Below, piece after piece: positions 22,111-31,950 of a stretch of 64,000 bases of DNA. The position numbers and the translations under genes were made by a program. This stretch comes from Histomonas meleagridis 2922-C6/04-290x (Eukaryota > Protista > Parabasalia). The stretch spans positions 316,627-380,626 of the forward strand of contig JAANOX010000004.1 of NCBI GenBank assembly GCA_020184695.1. Reading direction: 5' to 3'. The first letter of the stretch is position 1. Each line of letters starts with the position of its first letter. The notes under the pieces were generated by a model, which searched no databases, was not told the DNA's origin, and was given only the letters and a program-made list of their open reading frames with translations.

Positions 22111-22476
22111 TATTCTTCTGATTTTGTTCAAATGAAAAAAGTTATAAATTAAAAATGGATAAAAAAATTGAATTTTAATTTTGTTGACATTATTTTTGTG
22201 ATTGCAAATGAATATAATGAATAAATTAATAAGAAAAATAAGATTTATTAAATTTAAAAATTTATTATTATGAAGAAAATTCATATTTTTTCGTTGATTT
22301 TTAGACATTTTATTAAGATCATTTTCAAATTGTTTCAACATTTTTGTTCGTGAGATATAATATTTAAAAAATTCAAATGATTTTGCTTTAAATAAATTAT
22401 TTCTTGCATATAATGAAATATTACATGATGAATTTATCACTAAAAATGAATAAAATTGAAATGAAAATATTTCTTC
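21731..22476. repeat. 746-bp dispersed direct repeat (partner 35022-35767)
   Basis: Near-identical from 'caagatttaatg' to 'atgaaaatatttcttc' at both loci. Confidence 0.93.
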
Positions 22477-22928
22477 GGTAATATTATTTCCAGTAAATAC
22501 AATATTTTTGTTTAATAGATTGATATTATATTTTAGCATTAACTTATTTTGGAATGAGAAATTTTGTTTTAATTTATCATTTTCTTTTCGGATTAAAGAT
22601 GAAATTACTATAATTTTATTGCACATAATAAATTCATTTGCTATTATAAAATATGGAATTATGAAATTTTTTATAGAAGCAACAAAGGGAAAGTATGAGG
22701 TCCGATTGTTATTAAATTTTCTTTAATTTCAACAGAAATCAAATTTTTCCAATCTGAAAAATCAATGTCTGTTATTTCAACTTCAATTATTAAATATTTT
22801 ATTTCATTTGTGTATGAATTTAATTCTTTAAAATCATTAATATTGCTAATAATGTGTGTTGATGTTGAAAAATCAATTGTTTCAAATGAATGAACAAAAA
22901 ATAAGCTGATAAAAATAGAAGTAAACAT
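22105..22928 (-). pseudogene. Degenerate upstream BspA-like gene (signal peptide plus first repeat)
   Basis: MFTSIFISLFFVHSFETIDF..FSDWKNLISVEIKENLITIGPHTF, then a frameshift into very AT-rich sequence. Confidence 0.45.
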
Positions 22929-23594
22929 CGTGTTATGTATTTCTTTTTCTTTTCCTTGATAAAATAATAATTTTTTAATAAAAAATATTTTTACAAATAA
23001 AAATAAAGCAAAATAAATGAAGCTATTAATCAAAATATTAATGTCACCATTATAGATCCAATCATTTTTTATTTGATTTTGATTTTTAGGTTGAAATAAT
23101 GAATCAGTTTTTCCAAAAACAAATTTTCTAGAATTCATAATAGATTTGATGAGATAAATATTTAACATTGTTAATAATAATGTAAGTGATTTCCCTTGTT
23201 CGATAACTACTTAAGTTTTTCAAAAAATAAATTTGTTTCTTTTTCGGTTAATGTTTGGGGTTTCACATCACATTAGGGCTACCCCAGAAAAACTGACTTT
23301 TCATCGACTTCACTTTTTGAACGGTTACTATCGTATTTTTTCAAAACCAAATTATGTTGAGCACAAAATGGAGTGAATTATATGCATATAAATCAATTCT
23401 ACAAACATCAAGAAAAGAATTAAAAGTGATTCCTAAATTATATATAATAGTTTTACACAAATTAACTTGAATATTTGTATTTTTATTTACACAAGAATAA
23501 AATTAGATACAACAAAGGATTAAATTTATATACTAACAAATATAAAAACTTTATTTTTATGAAACAAACAAATTTAAGGAGAAAAAAATCATTG

Positions 23595-24275
23595 TTATGC
23601 TTTTGTTTCGCTTTCTAATTTCTTAATTTCTGCTTCCAACTGTATCTTTAGGTTCTGCAAGATAACAATTGGATCAGACTTTGGTCGAGCAACTTTACCT
23701 ATGAGCTGAGCTTGGTCAATTTGCTCATGAATTGGGTGTTTTACTTTGTCATTACATATGATATCAATTAATTTTTGCTCTTCTCGTTGCAAATTATGTA
23801 ATTCCAACGTTGCTTTATGCATTTCCTTTTGCGCTGCTTCATAATCAGCCGACATTTGATCAATATCACTTTTTATCGATTGCTCCAAATTAATTAATTG
23901 TGAAATCATAATTTCATGCTTTCTGTTCCAGGAGTACGTTTCTTGCTTTATTTTCTTGAGTTTTATTGAATATTTCTTCTGTTTGTTTATCAAATTTTGA
24001 CTATCTTGACTTATTCCGAATTTGGGTCTGAGAATATACAAAGTAAAATCTTCGATTTCTTTTTGTATTTCGTTTTTTTTCAAGTTAAGATTCCTTGTCT
24101 CTTGTTCAATATCTTCGTTATCAAGAGTTCTCTGAATAAAAATCTCATTAGATGTCCTAATAGAAGCTTCGAGCTGTTTAATTTCTTCTTTAATTTTTTT
24201 GATTTGTTTTTTGTGCTGAGCTTTTGCAGTCATTTTTTTTTTGCTGGTTTCTAACGGTTGTTTATATTTGGACAA
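23595..24275 (-). CDS. Coiled-coil protein (226 aa)
   Basis: Uninterrupted ATG ORF with heptad composition. Confidence 0.7.
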   Translation of the reverse strand: MSKYKQPLETSKKKMTAKAQHKKQIKKIKEEIKQLEASIRTSNEIFIQRTLDNEDIEQETRNLNLKKNEIQKEIEDFTLYILRPKFGISQDSQNLINKQKKYSIKLKKIKQETYSWNRKHEIMISQLINLEQSIKSDIDQMSADYEAAQKEMHKATLELHNLQREEQKLIDIICNDKVKHPIHEQIDQAQLIGKVARPKSDPIVILQNLKIQLEAEIKKLESETKA

Positions 24276-24674
24276 ATATAAACGGTTTATTAAAACCCGT
24301 TTAACTTCAAGCTAGAAAAGAAAACGTTTTCTTCCTGAAAGTCATGGATGTAACTGTCCTACAAAAAACAACGCTTCGTGAAAGAATTTATTTTCGATAT
24401 AATTTTTTTTGACTTCTAAAAAGATTGATGAAAAATGAATCATTTATAAATATTTTTAAGAGAATCTTAGGAAGTAAATAAAAAAGACAAAAACTTTGAG
24501 ATTATTATATAGATAGAATTCAGTTTCAACACCAGGAATTGATCGGGGCGCACAAGCTGTCAAAACGATGACAATTAATTCAAAAAATGTCAGTGTTTCC
24601 AGTGCAATTTTATCGAGGCTGAAATTTTGATTTTTTTTTGTCTTACTGTTTCTGATTCTTTTCGGACTTTTCGA

Positions 24675-26078
24675 ATGAATTGGAAAGAGACACCCTCGCA
24701 ATATGTTGATAAGAGAGGGTACAAACCAATCGATGAATGTTATCGACTTGATGTATCAATTCAAGAGCCAGATAAATATGGTATTTCAGACATAACAGGC
24801 AATCTTACTAACACTAATTCCTTATATTGGGGTGAAAAATCGTCGAGTTTTTCTTATTACGGGATAACATTTTATAATCAAAGTTTTTTTGTTCTGTTTG
24901 GTACATTTGCAAATGGCGATAAAGTTGACCCTGGGTGGGCACGTTCATTCTTTCGTAATCGAAGCATTCAAACCAATAATCATAATTATTTTAATCATCA
25001 AAAAGAGATATATAGTTTTTTAACCGGTTATCCAGAAGCCCATCTTGCCTTTCGTCTTGTTACCATTTCCTTTATAGTTAAACGAAGTGATCAAAATATC
25101 AGTGAAAAATCGTTTTTATTACCGAACACAATTCAAGGCGTTGTCTATGAAGGCCAAAACCTTCGCCATGAGATTCAAGGGACCGAGATCAACTTTGATA
25201 ACTTTTTATCCGAATTGCGAATATATGGAGTCCTTAACGGGCTCTGCATTATTTTTCTTCATTTTGGGTGGTCATCTCTTAAAACGGAGCTTACATCAGT
25301 CAGTAATCTTCATTCCATATCATATTGTTCATTATTGATTACGTATGGATTTGATTTATCGTTTGCGAATATCTTAACGAAACGATATAATTTACGTAAT
25401 TTTCCTTCGTTATTGTTTTATTTTTTGTTTACTATCCAAATTATATATTATATTATATTACAATTTCCAATTTTTATAGTTATCTTAAAAGAACATATGT
25501 CGAATCCGATCTTTGTCATTTTGGATGTTTTCATATTTTTCACTTCTTTTTTCTTTTCTCCATTTAATTGGAAATCTAATTCATATTTTTTTGTTATCTT
25601 TTCATTATCGCAATGGCTTCCACAAATCATCAAAAATGTAATTGTTGGGCAACGAAATAACATAACATTTAAGTTCTTAATCCCAATTTCTATTGAAAGG
25701 TTCATCATAATATATTACTTTTATATATATTCCAATAACATATTTAGTACGACTTCTGTTCCTTTGGGAATTGTCGCGTTCATTTATTTGCTGTTGCAGT
25801 TCCTTTTGCTGTTCGGACAAAGCGTTTTGGGGCCGTCGTTCTTCTTGCCGACAGTGCTACGCAAGCAGCCGTACAACTACTGGAGATGCCCGCCCGAGAG
25901 CCAGGCAACGTGCTGCATATGCCTGTCCCAGCTCGACGAGAGCGATCAGGACGTCGTGGTGACGCCTTGCGAACACGCGTTCCACTATAACTGCTTGAAC
26001 ACGTGGATAAAGGAAAAGGACGTGTGCCCAATCTGCCAGAAGGAGATCCCCCCGATAGAGCCGAAGCCGAAAAAATAA
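24675..26078 (+). CDS. Multi-pass membrane RING-H2 E3 ligase, Tul1/FLY1-like
   Basis: Luminal N-terminal region, several hydrophobic helices, WLPQIIKNV and QSVLGPSFFLP motifs, C-terminal CCIC..PCEHAFHYNC..W..CPIC RING-H2. First ATG is at 24675; the true 5' end is uncertain. Confidence 0.8.
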   Translation: MNWKETPSQYVDKRGYKPIDECYRLDVSIQEPDKYGISDITGNLTNTNSLYWGEKSSSFSYYGITFYNQSFFVLFGTFANGDKVDPGWARSFFRNRSIQTNNHNYFNHQKEIYSFLTGYPEAHLAFRLVTISFIVKRSDQNISEKSFLLPNTIQGVVYEGQNLRHEIQGTEINFDNFLSELRIYGVLNGLCIIFLHFGWSSLKTELTSVSNLHSISYCSLLITYGFDLSFANILTKRYNLRNFPSLLFYFLFTIQIIYYIILQFPIFIVILKEHMSNPIFVILDVFIFFTSFFFSPFNWKSNSYFFVIFSLSQWLPQIIKNVIVGQRNNITFKFLIPISIERFIIIYYFYIYSNNIFSTTSVPLGIVAFIYLLLQFLLLFGQSVLGPSFFLPTVLRKQPYNYWRCPPESQATCCICLSQLDESDQDVVVTPCEHAFHYNCLNTWIKEKDVCPICQKEIPPIEPKPKK

Positions 26079-26129
26079 AAATTGTTTGTATCAAATGTTG
26101 TGTTTTTTATGAATAGAAATGATTTATAA

Positions 26130-26400
26130 TTAATAAGTTATAGCATCTTTGGAACATAATAACTATGTTATATACCACATAATTATTTCTACTTAAAGAA
26201 TAAGTTATAGCATCCTTGGAATATAATTAACTCAATGTTGGAACATAATTAACTGCGTTATTATTTCACACAATTATTTCTCCTTAAAGATTAAGTTATA
26301 GCATCTTTGGAACATAATTAACAGCGTTTAAGTTTATATTCAGTTGGTATATTATTTACAGCGTTTACATTGCACATGGTTATTTCTCCTTAAAGAATTG
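26130..26400. repeat. Degenerate intergenic tandem repeat (3 copies of 'taagttatagcatc(t/c)ttggaa(c/t)ataat')
   Basis: Core motif at about 26135, 26202 and 26292. The companion motif 'attatttct(a/c)cttaaaga' also occurs three times. Confidence 0.8.
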
Positions 26401-26603
26401 ATTATAATTTATCATTTTGTTGCAAGTGATAAAATGTATTTCACTTTTTTGTTAACTTTCAGAAATTTGTTCTGTTTTCTGAAGTTTATATAAAAATTTG
26501 AATGGTATGATAAGATTGGTGGTTTCAAAGTGATTTGATCGTGGTTATTTGAATGATTTACTTGAATAAGACGGTTGCAATTCAATAATCTATCGGTAAA
26601 AAA

Positions 26604-28247
26604 ATGGTGCTGTCGAGAACAAGGAAAAAGATGGACATTAAAGTGGTTTCGCATGTGGACATACCTGACGAGCCACAAGTTAAAACAATGCTATCTAACT
26701 TTAATGACGACGATTATTTATCTCAATTAACATCTGATACATGTATTTTTTGCGGTTTTAGTATTTATAGGCAATCTGACACAAGTGGACATCTTCTTCA
26801 AGACCACAAATGTCTTGCACCAATTTGTATCGAATGTTTAAAACGATGTTTAGAACATCAATATCAATTTAAAGTCGATCATTTATTCTGTCCCATCTGT
26901 CTTTCCAACTTCACAGATGAAGAAATATCACAAATCCATCCCAAATTATCCACCAAACTTCAACAAGATATCATGCTTCGTAATGTCAAAAACATGGTCA
27001 AATGTCGTTTTTGTCCAAATTATTTCATTTTCGAGCCTGGCTCAATTGACGAAGTCCCTACAATAGCTAATGGTCAATATCTCACACTAGCACAACGCGA
27101 ATGCTGTGCCAAATATATGGTCACCTGCAACGAATGCAACATTTCGAGCTGCATCAATTGCGGTGCTGTTCCGTATCACATTGGGGAGACCTGTGCCGAG
27201 CATCAGCTCTGGGTACAAAGTTACGTATGTCGAATTTGCGACAAGCCCGCCAAAGATTTTGATCCATTACATGATAACTTATCTTTACTAACATGTGGCG
27301 ATCCATATTGTGTTGAAACCTCACGTGCCATGTGTAAACATGTTCACAAATGCGGACATGCATGTGTTGGCATTGATGGAGAAAAATCACATCCTCCATG
27401 TCCTGAATGTTCCGACAATGGGTCAGTCTGCCCGTATTGCCACAAGGACTTATGGGGCAACATCTGTTTGCGCTTGAAATGCAACCACACGATACATCAA
27501 TCGTGCGCATTTGACATCGCATTGAAATTTGATGCGAAACAGAAAAGTGGCCAACTTACGTTACCGTTATGTCCTGTTGACGGCTGCGGCGAATTTGTGA
27601 AGCACGACTGCTTATATACGAGTGATATCCTTGAGTACACCAAAGAAGAGTGGAATGAATTCGAGAAAATTGTAGACAGAATCGCTCTACAAAGAGTTAT
27701 GGCAGAAGGAATTCAATTCCATCCTGAAGTTACTTCAAGTATGTCGCCATATGCTCATTATGGAAGTAAGGCTGCTTTGTATTGGGCAAAGAACAATTAC
27801 CGATTTATGATATATGGCGAACAACATATTTATGTCGACGGAAGGATTTCGGACCCAATGGATAATGAGACTTCATGCCCATTTAATCCTTTGTATAGAT
27901 TTCCTGTTTGTACTTTGCACGGATATAATTACATGCAATATAAATGCGCGTGCTGTTGTTCAATTGGTGTTAGAAAATGCCCGAATAAGGACGTGAGATA
28001 TAAAGATGACCCATTCGTGTGGTACTGCGACATTTGTTATCATATGTTGCCTGGAAGAGAAGAGGCGGCAAAGGCTTGCAAAGGAAATTGCATGTTCTCC
28101 CCACACGCAAACTTGAAGAGTGAATACTATGGAAAATGCGCAATGTGCGGAAAGGTGGTGTCGAAGGTAATATATTCTTCGAGAAGAGCGGAATTAAAAG
28201 AGAAGTTACCTTCGCCTGTGATATCAAGACCTTGGAATTCGTTGTGA
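26604..28247 (+). CDS. Cys-rich E3 ligase: RING plus IBR-like module fused to a MYCBP2/PHR-type RING-Cys-relay domain
   Basis: N-terminal CIFC..CLAPICIECL..CPIC, then CNEC..CINCGAVPYHIGETC. Then CGDPYC..CKHVHKCGHACVGIDGEKSHPPC, RING CPYC..LKCNHTIHQSC..CP, ALQRVMAEGI, WAKNNYRF and CTLHGYNYMQYKCACCCSIGVRKC, colinear with the recalled MYCBP2 C-terminus. Confidence 0.75.
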   Translation: MVLSRTRKKMDIKVVSHVDIPDEPQVKTMLSNFNDDDYLSQLTSDTCIFCGFSIYRQSDTSGHLLQDHKCLAPICIECLKRCLEHQYQFKVDHLFCPICLSNFTDEEISQIHPKLSTKLQQDIMLRNVKNMVKCRFCPNYFIFEPGSIDEVPTIANGQYLTLAQRECCAKYMVTCNECNISSCINCGAVPYHIGETCAEHQLWVQSYVCRICDKPAKDFDPLHDNLSLLTCGDPYCVETSRAMCKHVHKCGHACVGIDGEKSHPPCPECSDNGSVCPYCHKDLWGNICLRLKCNHTIHQSCAFDIALKFDAKQKSGQLTLPLCPVDGCGEFVKHDCLYTSDILEYTKEEWNEFEKIVDRIALQRVMAEGIQFHPEVTSSMSPYAHYGSKAALYWAKNNYRFMIYGEQHIYVDGRISDPMDNETSCPFNPLYRFPVCTLHGYNYMQYKCACCCSIGVRKCPNKDVRYKDDPFVWYCDICYHMLPGREEAAKACKGNCMFSPHANLKSEYYGKCAMCGKVVSKVIYSSRRAELKEKLPSPVISRPWNSL

Positions 28248-28543
28248 TTGTTTGATAAACAAGAAAATAATAATTTGTTTTTATTGATAACTAAAAATAA
28301 ATTTTTACTTTTTTTTCTTCAAAATAAATTTATTTCGTGTTATTCATAATATAATTCTGAGCTTATTATTGATCATAGATGAAACTATGCATATATATTA
28401 TATGTTCATAATATCAAGATCGTAGGATGATCGCTATTTTAGAATAGTAAGAATCGAAAGTCAATATTGACATTAAGAATGAAATTAATAAACGTAAATA
28501 ATTTTAACGTGCTTCTTATAACGTATTTTAACGTCTCCTTCAA

Positions 28544-29659
28544 ATGGATACATGGGTTTCTCCAGAAGATAAAGAAATAATGCGTGCAAACGCAATGAGA
28601 AAACGTATGCTTGATCGAAAGGCTACTTTGCTGGATCCACAAAAAAGACGAATTGGAATTGATGTTGCTGCAATTCAACGCCAAATACAAGAAAAAAAAG
28701 AACGTGAAGCCATGGAAAAAGCACGTGATGAAGCTTTTGATCAAATGGTATTAGAACAACAAGCACTTGTTCTTGAAGCACAAGAACGCGAAAGAATGCA
28801 AAGACGGCAAATAGCCGAAGACGATGATTTATATCGTAAAAACTATCAAAAGCCATCTCAATCACGTGAGTATGACATATGGCGTAAAGATATCAAGCGC
28901 ATTTCCAAACCAGCACGAAATCCCGAAAATGAATCCACACTTGGTCCTAGTTCAGGCCAAGTATTTGAAGGCGAAGATCCTGGTATCTCACAGCGATTAC
29001 TAAAACAAGCTCAACAACGTGAAGAATGGCATCGTGAACAAATGCGTGAAAGAGAAGCCATCAAACAAAAGGAACAAATGGAAGATTTACAATACCAATT
29101 AGCAGAACTTGAGACTCAAAAGAAAGTTCTTGAATATATGGAAGCCACAGAACGCGCCAAGTCGGAAGTCGATCGTGAAATTGCAAATGAAAACATTCGA
29201 ATGATGAATGAGAAGAAACGACGCGAACAAGAAGAAAGAGAACATGAGCAACAAATGAACGATGCCGAGTTACGTAACAATGCGCGCTCGCGTACAATAA
29301 TGGAAGTAATGTCATCGCGCAAAGATTCGCCGCAAGAGTACAGAGGAATGACAATTGATGAGCAAAAAGCTGTTTTTGATGAGCAAGCGAAACAAATCGA
29401 AGAAAAGAAACGAATTAAAAATGAAGAAAAAGAACGAGAAAATCAATGGGATCAATACTTCGAATATTTAAGACAAGAAGGTGATCGAAAAGAGGCGGAA
29501 TACTTAAGAAGAAAACAAATGGAACAAAAGGAACTGTTCGAATTCCAAAAAAGACAAAACGAGGAATTCAAAAAACGACAAAGATACTTAAATAATGTGG
29601 TTTATACAAATGTGCCTGATGATTCTTATTACAATCAATGGGGACATGATACAAGATAA
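28544..29659 (+). CDS. RIB43A: RIB43A-family flagellar microtubule inner protein
   Basis: LLDPQKRRIGIDVAAIQRQIQEK, GPSSGQVFEGED, C-terminal YTNVPDDSYYNQWGHDTR and Q/E/R coiled coils. Confidence 0.85.
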   Translation: MDTWVSPEDKEIMRANAMRKRMLDRKATLLDPQKRRIGIDVAAIQRQIQEKKEREAMEKARDEAFDQMVLEQQALVLEAQERERMQRRQIAEDDDLYRKNYQKPSQSREYDIWRKDIKRISKPARNPENESTLGPSSGQVFEGEDPGISQRLLKQAQQREEWHREQMREREAIKQKEQMEDLQYQLAELETQKKVLEYMEATERAKSEVDREIANENIRMMNEKKRREQEEREHEQQMNDAELRNNARSRTIMEVMSSRKDSPQEYRGMTIDEQKAVFDEQAKQIEEKKRIKNEEKERENQWDQYFEYLRQEGDRKEAEYLRRKQMEQKELFEFQKRQNEEFKKRQRYLNNVVYTNVPDDSYYNQWGHDTR

Positions 29660-29843
29660 GTAAATGAAGTTATTTTTGTTTAAATTACAAACAGATTTAC
29701 AAAATTGAAAAATTCACATGTTAAAGGTAATAAAGAGTGTTAACAAGATATCATCTTTTTAATTTATGATAATAGTTTTTCTAGAAAATTCTATAAAATT
29801 AATAAATAAGTTGAAAAAAATTACTTTTATGTTATATATTATA

Positions 29844-30977
29844 TTACAAAGCTTAAGCTGATTAACATATATAAACATGTTTAAAGATGTTTATATAAAA
29901 TATTTAACTACACTCACAATGAGAGAATTTTATAATTGAATTATGCTTTTGTCACAACTTGTAATATATATATACAAAATACAAAACACAAAATATATTA
30001 TAATAATATTTTCAATATAAATAAAAAATTAAATTGATTATGAATTTAATATGTTTAAATAAATAAATAAATAAACAAAAAAATTCATGGAAAAACTAAT
30101 TTTACTGTTCCTTACATAATTCAAACATTTTAAAATGTTTATAATGGCTGACAAAATAAATAATCTTGAAAAGATCCAACGAATCTTTCACTATGATTCC
30201 CAAACATTAACTCAAAATCATTATCATCCATTAACATTTCTTGTTCTAATGAAAAAATTCCAGATTCTGTCTTTTTTTGTTTGTCAATAGATAATAATGT
30301 TGGTGAAATTGTTTCATTTTTGATGTTAAAAATTTCATGAATTTCTGGTGGAATTATTAAATCTGTTCGTTTCTTTGAGATTATATTCTTCCCAAATTGT
30401 AAATAACAATTACTTCGAATTGGATAAATATTAATGCTTTGTGAACATAAACAACAAACGAGTTGAAATTTAGAAGAAGATATTTTGTTGATTGAAATCT
30501 TTTTCCAATCTTTAATATAAATTGATGAAGAATTAATTTGAAGTAATGGAAAATTTTGTTGATTTCGAATAATTTCTTTGAGTGATTTGTTATTTAATGC
30601 TGTTTTATGATGAAGATCAACCACTTTCCCATTCACATCAATGTTATTACAATGACAATAAAAGTGTTTGAACTCCATAATCTTTTAATGAGATGCCAAA
30701 TGAAATTATGAACGTGGCAAGAGACAAAACTCTCGTTTTCTCAAAATTGAATGTACAAAATTTCTGGTTTATTTTTAATATAGCTTTTACAAAAAGAAAC
30801 ACAATTTTTGAGGGAGGTTTCTGCGAATAATTCATTGAAAAAGCAATATAAACAAACAAGAAAATAATTTTTTCTTTTGATATATAAAGTTTAACAAGAA
30901 ATCAATAATATAAATGAACGAAACAATTAAATTTTATTATATATTTTATCATTTTTCTCATCAATTACAATTAGTTC
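29844..30977. repeat. Left arm of inverted duplication B (partner 35885-37003)
   Basis: 'ttacaaagcttaagctgattaac' (29844) is the reverse complement of 36981-37003. 'catcaattacaattagttc' (ending 30977) is the reverse complement of the sequence starting 35885. Confidence 0.93.
30139..30678 (-). CDS. Hypothetical protein with CxC..CxxC putative Zn site (179 aa)
   Basis: YCHCNN and VCCLCSQ motifs; intact ORF with a duplicated copy at 36169. Confidence 0.65.
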   Translation of the reverse strand: MEFKHFYCHCNNIDVNGKVVDLHHKTALNNKSLKEIIRNQQNFPLLQINSSSIYIKDWKKISINKISSSKFQLVCCLCSQSINIYPIRSNCYLQFGKNIISKKRTDLIIPPEIHEIFNIKNETISPTLLSIDKQKKTESGIFSLEQEMLMDDNDFELMFGNHSERFVGSFQDYLFCQPL

Positions 30978-31950
30978 TTCTAAATCTTGACATGGTGATA
31001 TTTCTATCGTACTATAGAAAACAACGTATCAACTTTTTTGAACGAAATGGATGATAAGAACCTAACGGCGAACAAACATAGTTAAAATCCGACGGTTATT
31101 CCAACATGCAAAGCAACACAAACAATGAAATAATTGAACAAAAATCTCGAGCTGCATTTGCTTTTTCATCACTTTCAAATTACAGTGTTATTCTTGCTAA
31201 TTCAAAAGCTTATGGTTCTTCAGTTCATCGAATTCGGTTATCAAAACATCAAGAGATTTCCGGAAGAACTCCACATTACACGTGGAATCCAAGCGAAGGT
31301 TTGTAGCTTAAATTAACTGATAAATTCAACATCTTTTCAGTTTTGAAGTTCTTCATTTCTTTCTCAATTTACATCATTTAGATACTATTACTCAGCTCTG
31401 AGTAAACATTAACTATTTAGTGCGGTTTTATCTACTATCATTTTTGTTCATAATTCTTCTATTATAATAATTCATGTCTTTGCTTGATCAAGCAAAGGAA
31501 AGTTGCGACCAAAACAAAATATCACCATCATTGAAAATGTATGCCATGCATCTGCATTAAATCTTTTAGTTACTGGAATTTTCATCTTTTAATTAGAAGA
31601 AACATTAAAAAAATTCCAAAACCATTATCAAATTCACAATAAATAACGATTCATGTAAGTAAATGAATATTGTTGATAAAGATTTCAAAAATTTATTTAA
31701 GTTATAAGGATCAATTGAACAAATATTTAATTAGAAACAAACTTTTTTGTATGTCATATAGTAATAAAAACTTAAAATGTACAACATAAATATTATTCAT
31801 AAATAGCTTTATGTTTTTAATATGAGCTATGTTTCAAGGTATAGCGTTCATCTTAATGCGTTATCAAAATAAAAGAAACTAAGTTAAATATTTTTTGCTG
31901 GCGATTTAAAAATATCAAAGCAACAATTTTTTGAGTCTAAACTAATAAGC

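Noticed and set aside
25771-26094. GC-rich alternative-frame ORFs (25771..25962, 25780..26094) and other short antisense ORFs inside genes
   Set aside because: These are shadow ORFs arising from the low stop frequency in GC-rich or codon-biased segments of real genes.
26130-26400. CRISPR-like array
   Set aside because: Eukaryotic context, no cas genes, only three degenerate repeats, and the spacers are themselves repetitive.
31000-31700. Coding-like stretch (MQSNTNNEII..WNPSEGL*) in the spacer of duplication B
   Set aside because: Multiple stops in all frames and no recognisable family; at most an unidentifiable pseudogene relic.
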